Shown here: positions 23,920 through 36,496 of the stretch, piece by piece
Position numbering within the stretch: the first letter of the stretch is position 1
How the letters are laid out: every line of letters starts with the position of its first letter
Source of the DNA: Fimicolochytrium jonesii
Lineage: Eukaryota
Length of the DNA stretch: 64,000 nt
NCBI RefSeq assembly: GCF_025526975.1
Contig: NW_026515687.1
Location: 496,001 to 560,000, forward strand
Reading direction: 5' to 3'
Position numbers and translations under genes: made by a program
The notes under the pieces: generated by a model
Database searches by the model: none
What the model was told of the DNA's origin: nothing
The model's input: only the letters and a program-made list of their open reading frames with translations

Positions 23920-26900
23920 TTACTTCTCTACGCCAATCCTCCGCAAAACTTTAACCAGCCGGCCCATGTACGTTTCGGCGAAGGAGCTCATGTAGAAGGC
24001 GAAGACGGCGTCGTGTTGGCTTTGTGTGAAGGGAGGGGGGAACGAAGTGAAAAATGGCGTTAGTTTAGAAAACCCCCGTCTTTTGTAAAAAAAACACACC
24101 CCAGTATTAAGAAATACTCGCTCAAAAACAAACACATTCCCCCCACCCAAATATGCGACAAAAAGACAGGCTCAACATACCTCTGCTGGTTATGCGCCAA
24201 CTCATGACACCATGTCAAAAACCAATAATAATACGCGTCCGCCTGTACCCCGCCGTCACCCACACCCACCGCATCTCCATCTCCATCCCCCTGCGTCGTC
24301 GCCACCGTCCACTCGCCGGGTATCCTCGGCAACACCTTCCCCTTCGGCGTCGCACCACCCCCACTCGCCCCAAAATCATGCAACCCCAAATAAAACCTTG
24401 CATTGAAAAACAACATCCGGCCGCGATTGAACGCGACCGTGGGGCCGGCTTCGTCCCAGAAGACGTGCACGACTCTCCGGTCGGCTTCAAAGACCGTCGC
24501 GAGCAACTGGAGCATCGCGACGAACCGGCGGAGGGCGTCGCGGCGGGTCGTGAGGAGGATGGACACTGCCGCCTCGGACGCCGCGCGGTCGATGTAGAGG
24601 GGCACGCCGTCGAGCAGGTCCAGGAACTTGAGGTCGTTGTCGGCGAGGATGGCGCAGGCGGAGGGTGCGGCGGATGTGACTTCCGCGGGTGGGGCGGGCG
24701 CGTCGCGGGGGATGGTTGCGCGGAAGCCGGATTCGCGCGTGGCGCGGAGGGAGGCGATGGATTGGGCTAGGTGGGATTTGAGGTGGGCTGTGGATGTGGG
24801 TGTTGCTGGGTCTGTGTTGGGGGATGTTGGTTGGGTGTGCGATCCCGTGTGCGGTGGTCCTGTATGTGGTCCATGTCCATGGCCGTGTTCATCGTCCGCG
24901 TGTCCCCGAGTGGGACTCACCGCACTCTGCGCAAACTCAACCATGTTCCTGATTCCACTCTTGAACAACCCTTCAAACAACCCTTCATTCGACGCCCTAT
25001 GTCCGTCCCCCTTCTCCTTAACAGCCGATTTCCCACCCCCACCCTCCTTCTGTTTCGGGTACGTATCTCCGCTCTCCAGTATCGCGTTCGCAACGTCCGT
25101 AACCGATTTGCCTGTTTTGGTCGCAGCGTCGATTTGCTCACGGAGGTATTTGCGGTCGGCGGTTGGGAACATTTGCGCGAGGGTTTGAACTGCGTTCAGC
25201 GTTTCTGGGGAGCCTTTCTTGCCCGGGGACGTCGCAGATCCACCTTCCAACGTGTCTACGCTCGAGGTAGCGCTCGACTCGCGACTGTCCAGAGTATTCT
25301 GCGACGAAGTCGGCGTTTCCTGTTTGAGTTGTTGTTTTTCCTTTATGACTTGCGCGTGTTTCATTTTGTTGTCGGTGAGTTTGAGGATACGGTCCACAGG
25401 GAATCCTTTCCGGCGGAGGTTCTGAACGGAGGTGGAGAGGAGGGTTGAGAGGAGGAGGGAGTCTTTGAGGCGGCTGTTGCGGAGGATGACTTGGCCGATT
25501 GATCTAGACACGCATGATCGCAGACGTGAGGTTCCATAAGAATACACCATCGCGAATAAAAGAAACCCCTTTTGGAGCCCTTACCTCGCAATATCAAACA
25601 TATCATACTCCTCCACCACAAAAAGCCAATAAGCCCTCGTCCCCTTATCATACTTCAAACAACTAGTAGTACGTTCCACCCTCGTCATCTTCCCAAACGT
25701 GCGGACAACCTCAATCTCGGGTATCTGCACCACTTTCAACTTCTGCAAGATGTCCTCCGCATTGCCCACAATATCCTTGCCCGTGCGGATGGACTGGCCG
25801 TCGTAGAGGAGGAGGAGGGCGCGTTCATGGATGAGTTTTTGGAGGGCGGAGGCGGCGGGGGTGAAGGTGTGGGTACCGCGGGGCCGTTCGTCGGTTTTGA
25901 CGGCGGTGGAGAGCCAGTGGGAGCCGAGGTGGGCGTAGAAGTTTTCGAGGAGTTCGTCGGCGGGGGCGCTGTCATCATCATAGGGCAGAAGGTTGATCAA
26001 ATAGGGTTCTGCCCCACGTAGCAAACGAGTGAATGTGAATGTAGATCCAAAAACATACCCAAGTGGCTTGAAAAGCTGACTGACAACGGTATCATCCACC
26101 AGATACACATCCACCGCCCTCGCCAGCTTCACCTGATACGTCCCCTCCTCCTCGCCCTCCCCAGTACCACTCGCCACAATCCCAATCAACCAGTGCGCCG
26201 CTCTCATCGCACTCAACAGCTTCGCATTGCCCCTAATTTCCTCAAAATGCGTCGCAACGGTGCGGAGGGCGTTGAGGTACTTTTCGTGGCCGAGGGTTTC
26301 AAGGAAGGCGGCCGGAGAAGTGACGAGGGAGCGGGTGAGTTCGCTGGGGGAGGGTTCGTCGCGGGTGCCGCAGGCGCGGAGGAAGTTGTTCGCGGGGAGG
26401 GAGAAGTCGACGTATTTGAAGAGATCTTTGTAGGCGCTGGCGTCAGGTGTGCCGAAGTAGACTGTGTCGGGCTCTACCCAGGTTGTGGATGCGGCGCTGG
26501 GTGACTTGGCGTTACCTTTCTGTGACGACGAGGACGCGATGGGCACGAATTTGCGGGCGGCGAGGGTTCGGAAATGTTGCACGTCGAAATCGGAGATGCG
26601 CGCTGCGAGGTACCCAAACACGGCTGGTGCGGCAACGATATCGGGCGGGTGGGCCAGTAGTCGTTCCAGCAGCGCTTCGGGACGTGGATGTTCTCTCACG
26701 CCAAACTTTTCGCGCTCCTCCCTTAGATCCGGGTGTAAGATCTGGAACCCCAGCACTGCCGAGGCCGGGTCGGAGAAGCACTCGCTTGGTAGGGCGAGCT
26801 TGTCGGAGTTTGCGACGGGGAGGAACGGTGTTTTGACTTTCAACGCATTGTACCGCCCCGCGTAGACGGTTTTATGGTTCTCGATAAAGTATTTGAAGAT

Positions 26901-29698
26901 CTCCTTCCGCATCGGCGGGGTGGCTTGGCTGACCAGTAGTGTAAACTCGTCAACCGGGATATGGGTGCGGATTCCTAAATTTTTCAGGACTTTTGCTTCG
27001 GGCGTGTTAGGTTTCCATTTGCCCTTCCATTCCAGGATTGGGAGGTTGAAGGCCCGCAGTTTGTCGTCGGGAACGTATAGGTCGGATGCTTTGTATCTGT
27101 CACGGGTCGGTGGCGAGCCCTCTGGCAGCTCTTTGGGGAATAGGGGTGTTACGCGCAGTCGTTCCATTTCTTCAGGTTGGAGGGGACATGTTGCCAAGTA
27201 TTTGACCTATAATTCAAATACTTGTGAATACACGACACTGGGACGACGCGAAAGTGACCAAACACAACCCACCAACTGAACCTGATCCCAATTCAACTTA
27301 TTAATCCGACTAAACACAACCTGCAGCTCCACATGCTCCCTAACCCCAAGCGCCCTCAAGAACACATCACTTATATGCTTCGAATGCTCCAAGTGCAACA
27401 CCGGCAAGTCAGGAAATAGCGTCACTTTCGGGAAATAACTGTCGGTGGGGAGCTGCAAGCCCTGTTTCGTCGGGATGCACTTTTTGGATTTCAGGATCGC
27501 TACTACCTGTTCGCGCACATTCGTTCGGAGGGATCCGTAGTGCCGGCTGAATACGCCGAGGGCCTTCTCGACGAACGCCGGGTCGGATTGGAAGAGGGGG
27601 TGGGTGACGATGAAGGATGTCCATTCTGAGAAGGGAAGTTCTTGCCATCCGAACGCCATGCCTTCCTCCAACTCGCCTTTTTGGAAGTTATTCCCGATAG
27701 TGCGTGAGAGACAGGTGTCCGGGACGGGAAGGTCGGCGGGGATCAAATGTTTCGGGGCATGGAATCGGATATTTGCTAACGGGCGGATCGTCTCGTCTTT
27801 CCCGTTCATGCCGATTTCCCGCACCAGGGCCGCGCGAACGAGGTTCTCCACGTCGGTTCTGCTCACCGCGTGGGATCGCCGATGGGTGAGCCACCATTTG
27901 AGCAGAGCGATGGTTTCGTCTTCCGTGAAGGGGCGGTTGGCGAGCTCGGTGAGGAGATCGGTGATGTCCACCTTGCGGATACTCCCGCGGACCTCCAGTT
28001 GGTTCAACAAGTCCGTGCAGGATGTCATTGCGAGCTGTGGTACTACCGGCGTCTCCTTCAAAAACTCCATCATGGCTGCATCCGGTAGCCGGACGTCCAC
28101 CAGTGGCCGGATCCCTACCGAGGAGATGATCTTTACCGGCGCGACCGCACTCTGCGAGAAGTACGTCCCCAATATCCGCCCTACCAGCGGTGACGGTGTT
28201 GACCCCTTGAAGTGGAACCCAATCATCGCATGCACCGCCTTCTTCTCCAACCAGAGCGTACTCGTAGCGTCCAGCTGCATCGCGCTGTACAGCCGCTGCG
28301 TTTCTTCCATATTGTCGTCGTATAGGATACGGGCCAGCAGCCCGCCCATGGTCAACAGCTCCCGATTCCACATATTCAGAGTCGGGTCGACGAAGTCGAT
28401 CGACTCGCGCTCGACGGTTGGGATGAGGTGCGCTGCGAGCTGCGCTGTACACCCTGTTGTCTGGTATGTAGGGAACCCAATGAAGATCCGGCCCTGTTCG
28501 CCAACTAATGGTACGAGGTCGTTGAAAATGTTGTTATTCTGCGATCGGAGGGTCGTGGAACTCTCATACTCGTCATGATTGGACCACAACATGTGCATTT
28601 CCGTCCTAGCTGGCGGCTTCTTTTTGGTTGTTCGTTCCATCTCTTTCACGAGGTTGCTCGCCCGAACGGCCAAAGCTGCTGTTGCTACGCGCGCGAATAG
28701 CCGCAGTGCGGTTGCGTCCTTATCCCCATCCTTAATCTCAACATCCAGCTGCACAGTTTTCACTTCCACAGATTCCAGCGAGAATATCGAGTTTGGTGAT
28801 GTGAGGGTATACGATTTCCGGAGGAATGCCAAGGGCCGTGGCGGCGCGATCTTTTTATCGAAGTGCATGACGCACGAAGAGTCCACATGTACTTCAACAG
28901 CCTTAAGGTTCGCTGTGAAGGCCATACTTGTTGCTAAAAACCTCCCGAACTGGTCGGTATCCGGGATATCGATAGGATCCCTCATCACGAGAAAGAATGT
29001 GGTCCAGGGGGTTACTGCTTCGGGCGGGAGGATGCCACGCTTTGTGTAGAGCATATCGCCTTTCCATAGAAAGGCCATCGATTGATTGCCGCTGGTGATG
29101 AATGGTTCTTCACATATTGAGAACAGAGAGTAGAACCCTACGCCGAAAAATCCGATTTTTTGCTGCGACAGTTGGTTTAGAACGAGATATGTGATATGAG
29201 GATGGCAGGCCAATGACGGGAATACCTCATCCGGGTTGCCCTCTGCTATCTTCCGCAGCCTTGACCAGTCCTCCTCGCTGAACGGTCGTCCATTGTTCTT
29301 ATATGTCACACTGCAGGAGGTTGGAAGTCAGGACGAGAGCTCTTGGGCATCGGACTTCGAACCACAGGTCTTACGAAGTCACAACGCGCTTGTTGCCCCC
29401 TTGCCAGAAGCTTCTGCTTTTGACCTCTGTTCTGAATATGATTTCCACGTTGCTCGCCCCAGCATCGTTAGAGTTTTGCAATAGCTGAGCGCAGGTGCGG
29501 AGCACGCGTAAGTGACATGACGGTTTCAGCGGAGTCGACAACAAGCGGAGAAGTCATACTTACCTCTCTAAATACAGTGTACTCCTGACTGTAGCGAGCC
29601 AGAATCTTATCTATCAGGTGCCGCTGGTTCACTTCAACCTTCTCCTCTATGCCGCCGTCGTGAATGAGGGCGGCTTTCAATGCTTCCAGACCCGCCAT
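23920..29698 (-). CDS. Large sacsin-like GHKL/HATPase protein (DUF3684-type) with CUE-like and HExxH C-terminal regions, multi-exon
   Basis: N-terminus VEVNQRHLIDKILARYS..VFRE|LLQNSNDAGA, NNGRPFSEEDWSRLRKIAEGNPDE, KIGFFGVGFYSLFS. C-terminal LAQMFPTADRKYLRE and WCHELAHN..HDAVFAFYMSSF. Confidence 0.85.
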
Positions 29699-30660
29699 GT
29701 TGACTGAAATTTCGGGAGTTGTGTGGACAGACGGGGTTTGTTGTCGCAGGCGAGCAAGAACCTATGTAGAAATCGAGCGGAGGGATGTCAAGTACTTGTG
29801 TGTGTGCGACGGATACATGTGGGGCATCCCTTTGTGGGGAGTGCTGATGTGGAGTCTGGAGTTCTGCCGCCAACTGACCGTTTCAATTTGTCACAACGAG
29901 GCGCTTCTTCTGCACTTAAGTTAGGGTTAGCGCGTCAGTTCGGCGGTCTTCCGCGCTGGGCATTTGGTTGACAACCCCATCCTCGTCTCTCTCGCTACAA
30001 CTATTATACTGCGACTACAGATGCACTTTCTACATGCGAGAGTTCTATCCAGAGAACGCATGCCACGAATCCCTGGGGTCTTCCCAATGTTACTCATACT
30101 TTGGACATTTCGTTCGAGCACCCCTCCCCGCCAGCTCACGCCGTTTTTCTAATTCCACAGGTTATGGCGGGCCGTGGACAGGATGGGGAGAGAGAGACGG
30201 GGATGAAGGGAGTGGGTAGTGGGATAGTTTTCGATAAGCATTGTATTGTAATGGGCGAAGCCAGCCGAGAACGGACGAAATGACATTATGACGGTGCCTT
30301 CGCGCTGTCGAATTCCACGGCGGGAGGTCGCTAGTGCATGATAGCCAGCTCGACTTCCGTCCACGGAGACAGGATGGACCAAGAGAAAACCTCATATCAG
30401 AAACCTATCTCGCGGATCTGTTACAGGTCATTCACTTTCTGTGTATTTGAAAGATCGCTATGTACACTCAGCTTCCCACTTATACGTCGCCTATCAGATG
30501 CCCACGTAATTCATTACTTGCATTTACGCTGATAACCACCTACGCCATGCACCACCCTTTTCGTTTCACTGAGTACACACACCCGTCTCTCCTCCACATG
30601 CCCAAATCCTGCACAATTTCGTAAAACCGCCTCGAGAACCCTGAAACCAAACGCCCCCTC

Positions 30661-31026
30661 TCACATATATTCCAACTCCATGCAACCCCCCTGACCCGCC
30701 CCCTTCGCCTTCTTCTTGTCAACCTTCTCATCATAATACACCTCATACCCCGGCCCGGTCGCATCCATCTTCGTCTTGGTGATGTTAGGCGTGTCGAGCT
30801 TCGTATAGTGGCGGCTGTTACCCTGTCCGTCGGTGGACTTGTGACTGGTATAGTCGCGATAAGTTGCTTTGGGGTATGTAGCTGCTGTTTTGGCGGGTTT
30901 GGTTGTCTTTTGGTGCGTGCAGCCGGGGTTGAAGATGGCTTGCGATTCAGCCTTGACTTTGGGGGCTGCGGCTGCTTTTTTGGCGGAGCCCGCAGAGGAC
31001 GGTTTCTGAGAGGCGGCTTTGGGCAT
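30661..31026 (-). CDS. Small Lys/Ala-rich hypothetical protein
   Basis: MPKAASQKPSS...GCMELEYM, the C-terminal part of ORF 30661-31281. No recognised domain. Confidence 0.45.
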   Translation of the reverse strand: MPKAASQKPSSAGSAKKAAAAPKVKAESQAIFNPGCTHQKTTKPAKTAATYPKATYRDYTSHKSTDGQGNSRHYTKLDTPNITKTKMDATGPGYEVYYDEKVDKKKAKGAGQGGCMELEYM

Positions 31027-31171
31027 ATTTGCAGCTGGAGTGCGTGTCTGCGTTGAGTTTGCTTGTCTGCTTGCGCACGTATGCACTGAAGTCGGTTGAA
31101 AGGGACTCAAAACCGCCTTATGCTTCAGTTCCGTGTGTGTTTTTGCCTCCTGGACGTTGACGAAAGGTTTG

Positions 31172-31412
31172 GAAGTCGGCACACTCGTACGCTTGTGAGT
31201 GCAAAGCGTTATCTGGACGTGTTGCATAAGAACCTGAACAAGATGTGTGGAGAGAATGCCTGCGACCAACAGTGACCGCACACGTCGTCGTCACCTTTGA
31301 AGTCGGCACACTCGTACGCTTGTGCAAACCGTTGTCTAGGCGTCTGCAATAAGAAGCTGAACAACATGTGTGGAGCGAATGCCCGCGACCAACAGTGACC
31401 GCACACGTCGTC
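31172..31412. repeat. Two-copy imperfect direct tandem repeat, about 127-bp unit
   Basis: gaagtcggcacactcgtacgcttgtg at 31172 and 31299; gcgaccaacagtgaccgcacacgtcgtc in both copies. Confidence 0.85.
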
Positions 31413-31914
31413 ATATTCCCCACCCAAGCATCAGGAAGCCGGAGAGTCATGACACCCGGGTATGGAATTGTCCCACACCGAGCAGCAAGACTTTCGCCAC
31501 GCACTTTCGCCGACGTTCAAAGATTAGAAAAGCTCCTCCAGCATCCCGCTCGTGCCTTGATTCCTCATCAGCAAACTGGTCGCTCATCTTGCCGAGCTAC
31601 TTACCAGTGGCTGAGGCCTTGTAGCTTAGCTGGTGATCGTATTCTGAGAACCTTGATCACCTCCGTAAGATAAATTAGCCCTTCACAAAAGTGAATAGAG
31701 TTACCTGCGGGAAATGAACAAACCATCTTCCGTCGGGAAAGAAAGGGACAGAGGAGGACAGAGGAGAAAAGGGACAAAGGCTCCACCTCACCAAAAGAAA
31801 TATTTCAAGGAACGAAGGTCCCGGGCAAGGTTCGTAGTTTTAACCCTTAGTGGCGGGGAGCGGAGCGAGGCAAGATGATTTGACCAAGAAAGAAAGGCAA
31901 AAGAAGAAAAAGGA

Positions 31915-31986
31915 AGGTCTCGCCGAGAATCGAACTCGGGTCGCAAGATTCAGAGTCTTGAGTGCTAACCGCTACACCACGAAACC
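31915..31986 (-). tRNA. tRNA-Gln (anticodon CUG)
   Basis: Reverse complement GGTTTCGTGGTGTAGCGGTTAGCACTCAAGACTCTGAATCTTGCGACCCGAGTTCGATTCTCGGCGAGACCT folds as a cloverleaf with a CAAGA/TCTTG stem, CTG anticodon and GTTCGA T-loop. A T-run terminator follows. Confidence 0.96.
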
Positions 31987-32786
31987 TTGGATGAATGTGC
32001 GGTAGTGTTTGTCAAACAGATACAATGCAATGCTTGCATCGCCTTGCGGGTTCGTCCGGTTCCCAGCATGTGTTTCCGTCAACGTTCACCGTGCCGTCGC
32101 ATGCGTGTCCAAAAAGATGATGGAATATCTTAACGGAGAGATGTAATGTGATTATATTATGATGAATCCCGCTCCCGCAGACAATGCCAAACTCAACAAC
32201 GGGCTGGCTTCAACGCCTAATAGAAGTACTCCGCCCCGACAACGCTGCACATCGGGGCCGATCGGGTCCAACTGTTGATACGAAAGATCTCCCCCGAGAC
32301 GCCGCGTCGGGACTGCTACACCTATCTGCGCTCGTGTAGCGCAACAAAGGGCGCATATGTGCTCACAAGACCCCGCCTTATCCGTCACTATCTTCGACTT
32401 GCTTCCCTTTGCTTCCCTCTGCCCTCCAACCCGGCCCCTTCAGCGCGTCCTACACAACTCCCGCCAGTCCGCTCGTGGACCTTCAATGGAAGATGATTTG
32501 ATGGAATATAGTTGACAGGTGCTGGTATGCCGGCGGTGTGAAGACTCTGTTTCGAATTCGGCAGAGCGTGGTGAGCGTTCGTATACGCCGCGAGAGACGG
32601 GCTACCATCGCGCGAGTGCGGTTAGTAGTGTTGCTGAGGCAGGGCAGGGTCAGTGGCTCGATGTGCATCACCGGCTCGGTGATGGCATGCGATGTCATGT
32701 ATATGAGTATCACTGTGAGTGTAAGTCGGGAACTGTTGTGTTCGGGTGTGTTGCTCTCCCCGTATATCGCGACTACGGCCACCCTC

Positions 32787-33801
32787 TCATTTCTTCCGCT
32801 GTTCGCGCTGTTCGCGAAACTCGTATTTGTCGATGTACTGTAAGAAAGATGCAAGACGAGGTGGAGTGTGAGTGACCAATTCAAACCCGGGGATGTTGTT
32901 TCACATACACATCCTTCCACCCCCTCACAAAACTCATACCTTATCATGCCTCAAACTCCCCGCCTCCATAACATCCACAAAAAGCTTCCCATCCAAATGC
33001 TCGATCTCATGCTGCAGCACCCTCGCCAAAAACCCGTTCGCATTCACCGCCACCCTCTCCCCCTCCAAACCAATCCCCTGCACATGCACCTTCTCCGCAC
33101 GCCTCACAACCGCATTATACATCGGCACGCTCTCACAGCTCTCATATTCCGCATTCCACTCGCGGGGGTGGCGCTTATCAGTGATGGTGAGGACCGGGTT
33201 GACGAGGAAGGTGAGGGGGATGGGTTTCGGGATGGATTTGGAGGTGAGGATGGCCGGGTCGGTGATGCGGTAGGCGATGATGCGGAGCGGGTGGCCGATT
33301 TGAGGGGCGGCGAGGCCGACGACGGGGGTGTACGGGGAGTCGAAGACGAGGCGCATTTGGGTGATGACGCGTTGGATGTTGGGGTTTTGGAGGGTGGTGG
33401 GGTCGACGGGAAGGGCTTTTGTGCGGAGGGTCGGGTGTCCGGCGTTGAGAAGGATTTGAGGCCGGCCCTGTGAGTGTTGAGGTGGGGAATGAAAGTGAGA
33501 GGATGGAAGGTAGAAAATGGCCGGTGACACTGTTCCCAATTTTGCAATGGTCTGAGACGTAGGCTGCAAAACTCATATGCGCACATTTTCCGTCTTCCTC
33601 ACGCCCCCTCACACCGACTTCCCACTTCGCAACGCATGACCTTCCAATCCGAGCACCGTCTCGCAGCCCCTTCACAGCTTATTCTTCGGCAAGGGGCCAG
33701 TTGTCTTCTGTCCTACAACCACCATGCCCACCCTCCCCGACCAGTGCAAACAAGGCGACACTACGTACCGCAAAGACGCTCCTCAGTTTTGCTAGCACCA
33801 T
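32787..33801 (-). CDS. PDF: Peptide deformylase, organellar PDF1A-like, multi-exon (5' exons approximate)
   Basis: GHPTLR, motif 1 GLAAPQIG, motif 2 variant ESCES, motif 3 QHEIEHLDG. Last exon YIDKYEFREQREQRKK*. Putative start MVLAKLRSVFA at 33801. Confidence 0.88.
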
Positions 33802-34503
33802 CGTCGTCAGTTGCTTGCGTTGTCTGTGAGTGGCGATTGGGGTCCTGTTATTCCGTTCCCGTTGGGGTGTCCAGCGCAAAGGCCAGATGCAATTCAATTC
33901 AGGTATCACGTGCCTGAGTGCCCGAGAATCGAAATTATGTAAACGCAGAACGCGTTCGCCAACCTCAACGCCCACCTCAACGCGTCCTTCTGCGAACCTC
34001 CGTAAAGCTGTTGTCGGTATACCTCCGCTTTCCAGGCTTTGGTAGCTATTGCTTCCGCCTCTCCTCCTTCCTGCGTTGGTGTGGTGTTCAAGCTGGGTGT
34101 TGGTGTATCATACATGTTCCCTGACATGGGAAGCTGCATTCCAAAACATAGCTGCTGAGTGCGGAGCTGACCACTCGCCAAAAACAGCCCGTCCCCCATC
34201 CCTTTGCACAAGATCGCCAGTCCTTGTTCGCTAGCGCATACCACGAAACATCGCAAGTTGGGTATGTGGAAATAATCCACCGGAACCACGTATTTCTGAT
34301 TGGGCGGGGCGTGCACGACATTGAATTCCCTCATTCCCCATTCCGCATCTCCACCCCCAAAGCAACCCCCCCCCCCCCCCCCCCCCATCGATTCACAACC
34401 CCCTGATACTCCTCCTCAACCCCCCCAAACTCACAAATGTTCCTCGTCAAAATGCTTCCTCAAAGCCTCCCGACTCCCACAGAAAACCCCACACCCGTCC
34501 CAT

Positions 34504-36025
34504 TTACATCTCCAGTCGTTCGGTTTCGGTCTCGCCGTCGTTGTTGGGACGTGGAAGTCGGGGTTGGCTGGGGTCAATGGGAAGGTTGGGTGTGGGTCCG
34601 TTGCGGCGGGGTTCTGATAGGGGGGAAGAACAGGTGAGTATGTGAATGAGAGGAGGGGGGGGAAGGGGGGGGATGGGAAGACTTACGATCTGGGGAGCGG
34701 TGATGAGTGGTGCGGGAGGGATGTTCTGGGATGTTCGGAGGGCTTGGATGATCGCGTCTATTCGGGACGATCCGTTCATGTCCAACCTCGATGACCCGCC
34801 CATTCCTGCTGCCGGCGCTGGTAAGGAATCATGTGTTTGCGTTGTCGGTAGTGGTACTGCGCTATTCTGCGGCTGCTGTGGTGATGGAGACACTTTCTCC
34901 TGACTCTCAGGGGCAGGCTCATCAAAGATCGCGCTAGCCAGACTTTCATCGTGATCCTCGTTCGCCGGTGCCGGTGGTGAATCTGAAGCACGGCGACCAT
35001 TATTGGCACGTTTGGTGGCTATCTGTGGTTGTATATCGGCTTTCCGTTTCCTCGTCGCCTCCGTCGTCGTCGCACTACTAGCAGGGGAAGGCGGACCCCG
35101 GAGCCCCTTTCGTCTCTCCCCACTCCCCTCCACATCCACATTCGCCTTCGTCTTCAACGGCTTCTTCCCCTTGTCATCCGCAACCCGTTTCCCCTCCCGC
35201 GCCTTGACCTTCCCACTTTCCGGCAGCTTCCCGAACCGGACATAATGCTCGCGACAGACATTACACAGTTTACCGTCCTGCATGAAATCGCGCTTGCGGC
35301 GCAGGTCGTTGGAGTTGAGTTTGATCTCGCAGTTGGCGCAGCGGTAGAGGTCGACTTGTTCGGTTGACTCGCCATTGTACTCTTCTTCGCGGATGTTGAG
35401 CAGTTCGTCGATAGCTTCTTGTGGCTGGGAGATGGGGTTGGAGCGGATGTTCAGAGATTGTGGTGCCTCCCGACTGGAGATCAAGCTTCTCGTCTCCTTC
35501 ACACGCTTACATACCACATTTTCCGTCGGCTCCCACGTATCTCCCCACACCTTAACTGCGCCAACAAAATCCGTAAGTCCCCCCCATCCCCATCCCAATA
35601 CGCACAACCTCTCCCCCCATTGCCCTCCCAGTATACGTACTAACAAACCCATCCCCACTCTTCAACCTAGTCGGCTTCCACGCCACCCTGTATTCCCATC
35701 GCTTCTGTTTGTCGTTGTACCGTTTGGCTTTGAGGCATTTGAATGCCCACTCTACGAAAAGGTGACACGGTCATTGGAGCGAGTTAGTTGACACGGCCCC
35801 ATGTCCCACTACCGCAGTTCGCAGCTGGACAGTAGGGAGACGGGGGAATATTACCTCCATTAGCTTGATCTACAATCACAGGAGAAGCCGTTAGCATATG
35901 ACATATCCCCAGTCAAACAATCTTTGCTACGCACCTTCAGGGGGAGCCTCGGCCTCTTCTTCCTCGACCGGCGGGCGGCGGGCGCCTGGGGGTGGGGCTA
36001 GGTTGCGGCGGCGGGTTGTGCTCAT
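34504..36025 (-). CDS. Chromodomain-like plus GATA-like C4 zinc-finger protein, multi-exon
   Basis: Exons give EWAFKCLKAKRYNDKQKRWEYRVAWKPT...VWGDTWEPTENV (chromo-like) and CANC-x21-CNVC, then a low-complexity tail. Both ends are approximate. Confidence 0.6.
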
Positions 36026-36496
36026 CTGTTTGTTTTGTGTGTTGTTGGAAAGTCGAGTGCACCACCCATGCGTCCAAGTTCGGACTCCAATCTGGACTCG
36101 ATATATGCAAATGACACACCGCGCTTCGCACATGCAACGCACCGTTTTTCTCCATCCCACACCCCTAATCCCAGCTAATCCCACCACAAACATGAAAAAC
36201 AAAAGAAATCTATTGTCTGAGTGTAAAAGACAAGGAAAAAAAGATGAGAGTACAAAAAACCATAGGGGATTGCGGGGACCTCCGCCCCACAATCAATGTG
36301 GGAGGAGAATTCAGTCTATACGTAGTTTGGGGTTTCAGACGTGGGGAATGTTATGATTACAATGCTCGGGAGACGGTCTGTGAGATCTGATTGTCTACAA
36401 ATGTGTGGTTGAGAGTTCGGGAAGCGAAAATTGTCCAAAGGCATCAGTTCGTTTCTGTTCAACCGAGTGGCAACTCTAGATCAGCCCGTCGCAAAT

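Noticed and set aside
27604..28578. Long antisense ORFs (also 41288-42259, 43568-44389 and many shorter ones)
   Set aside because: Shadows of GC-rich coding sequence on the opposite strand, with no independent motifs.
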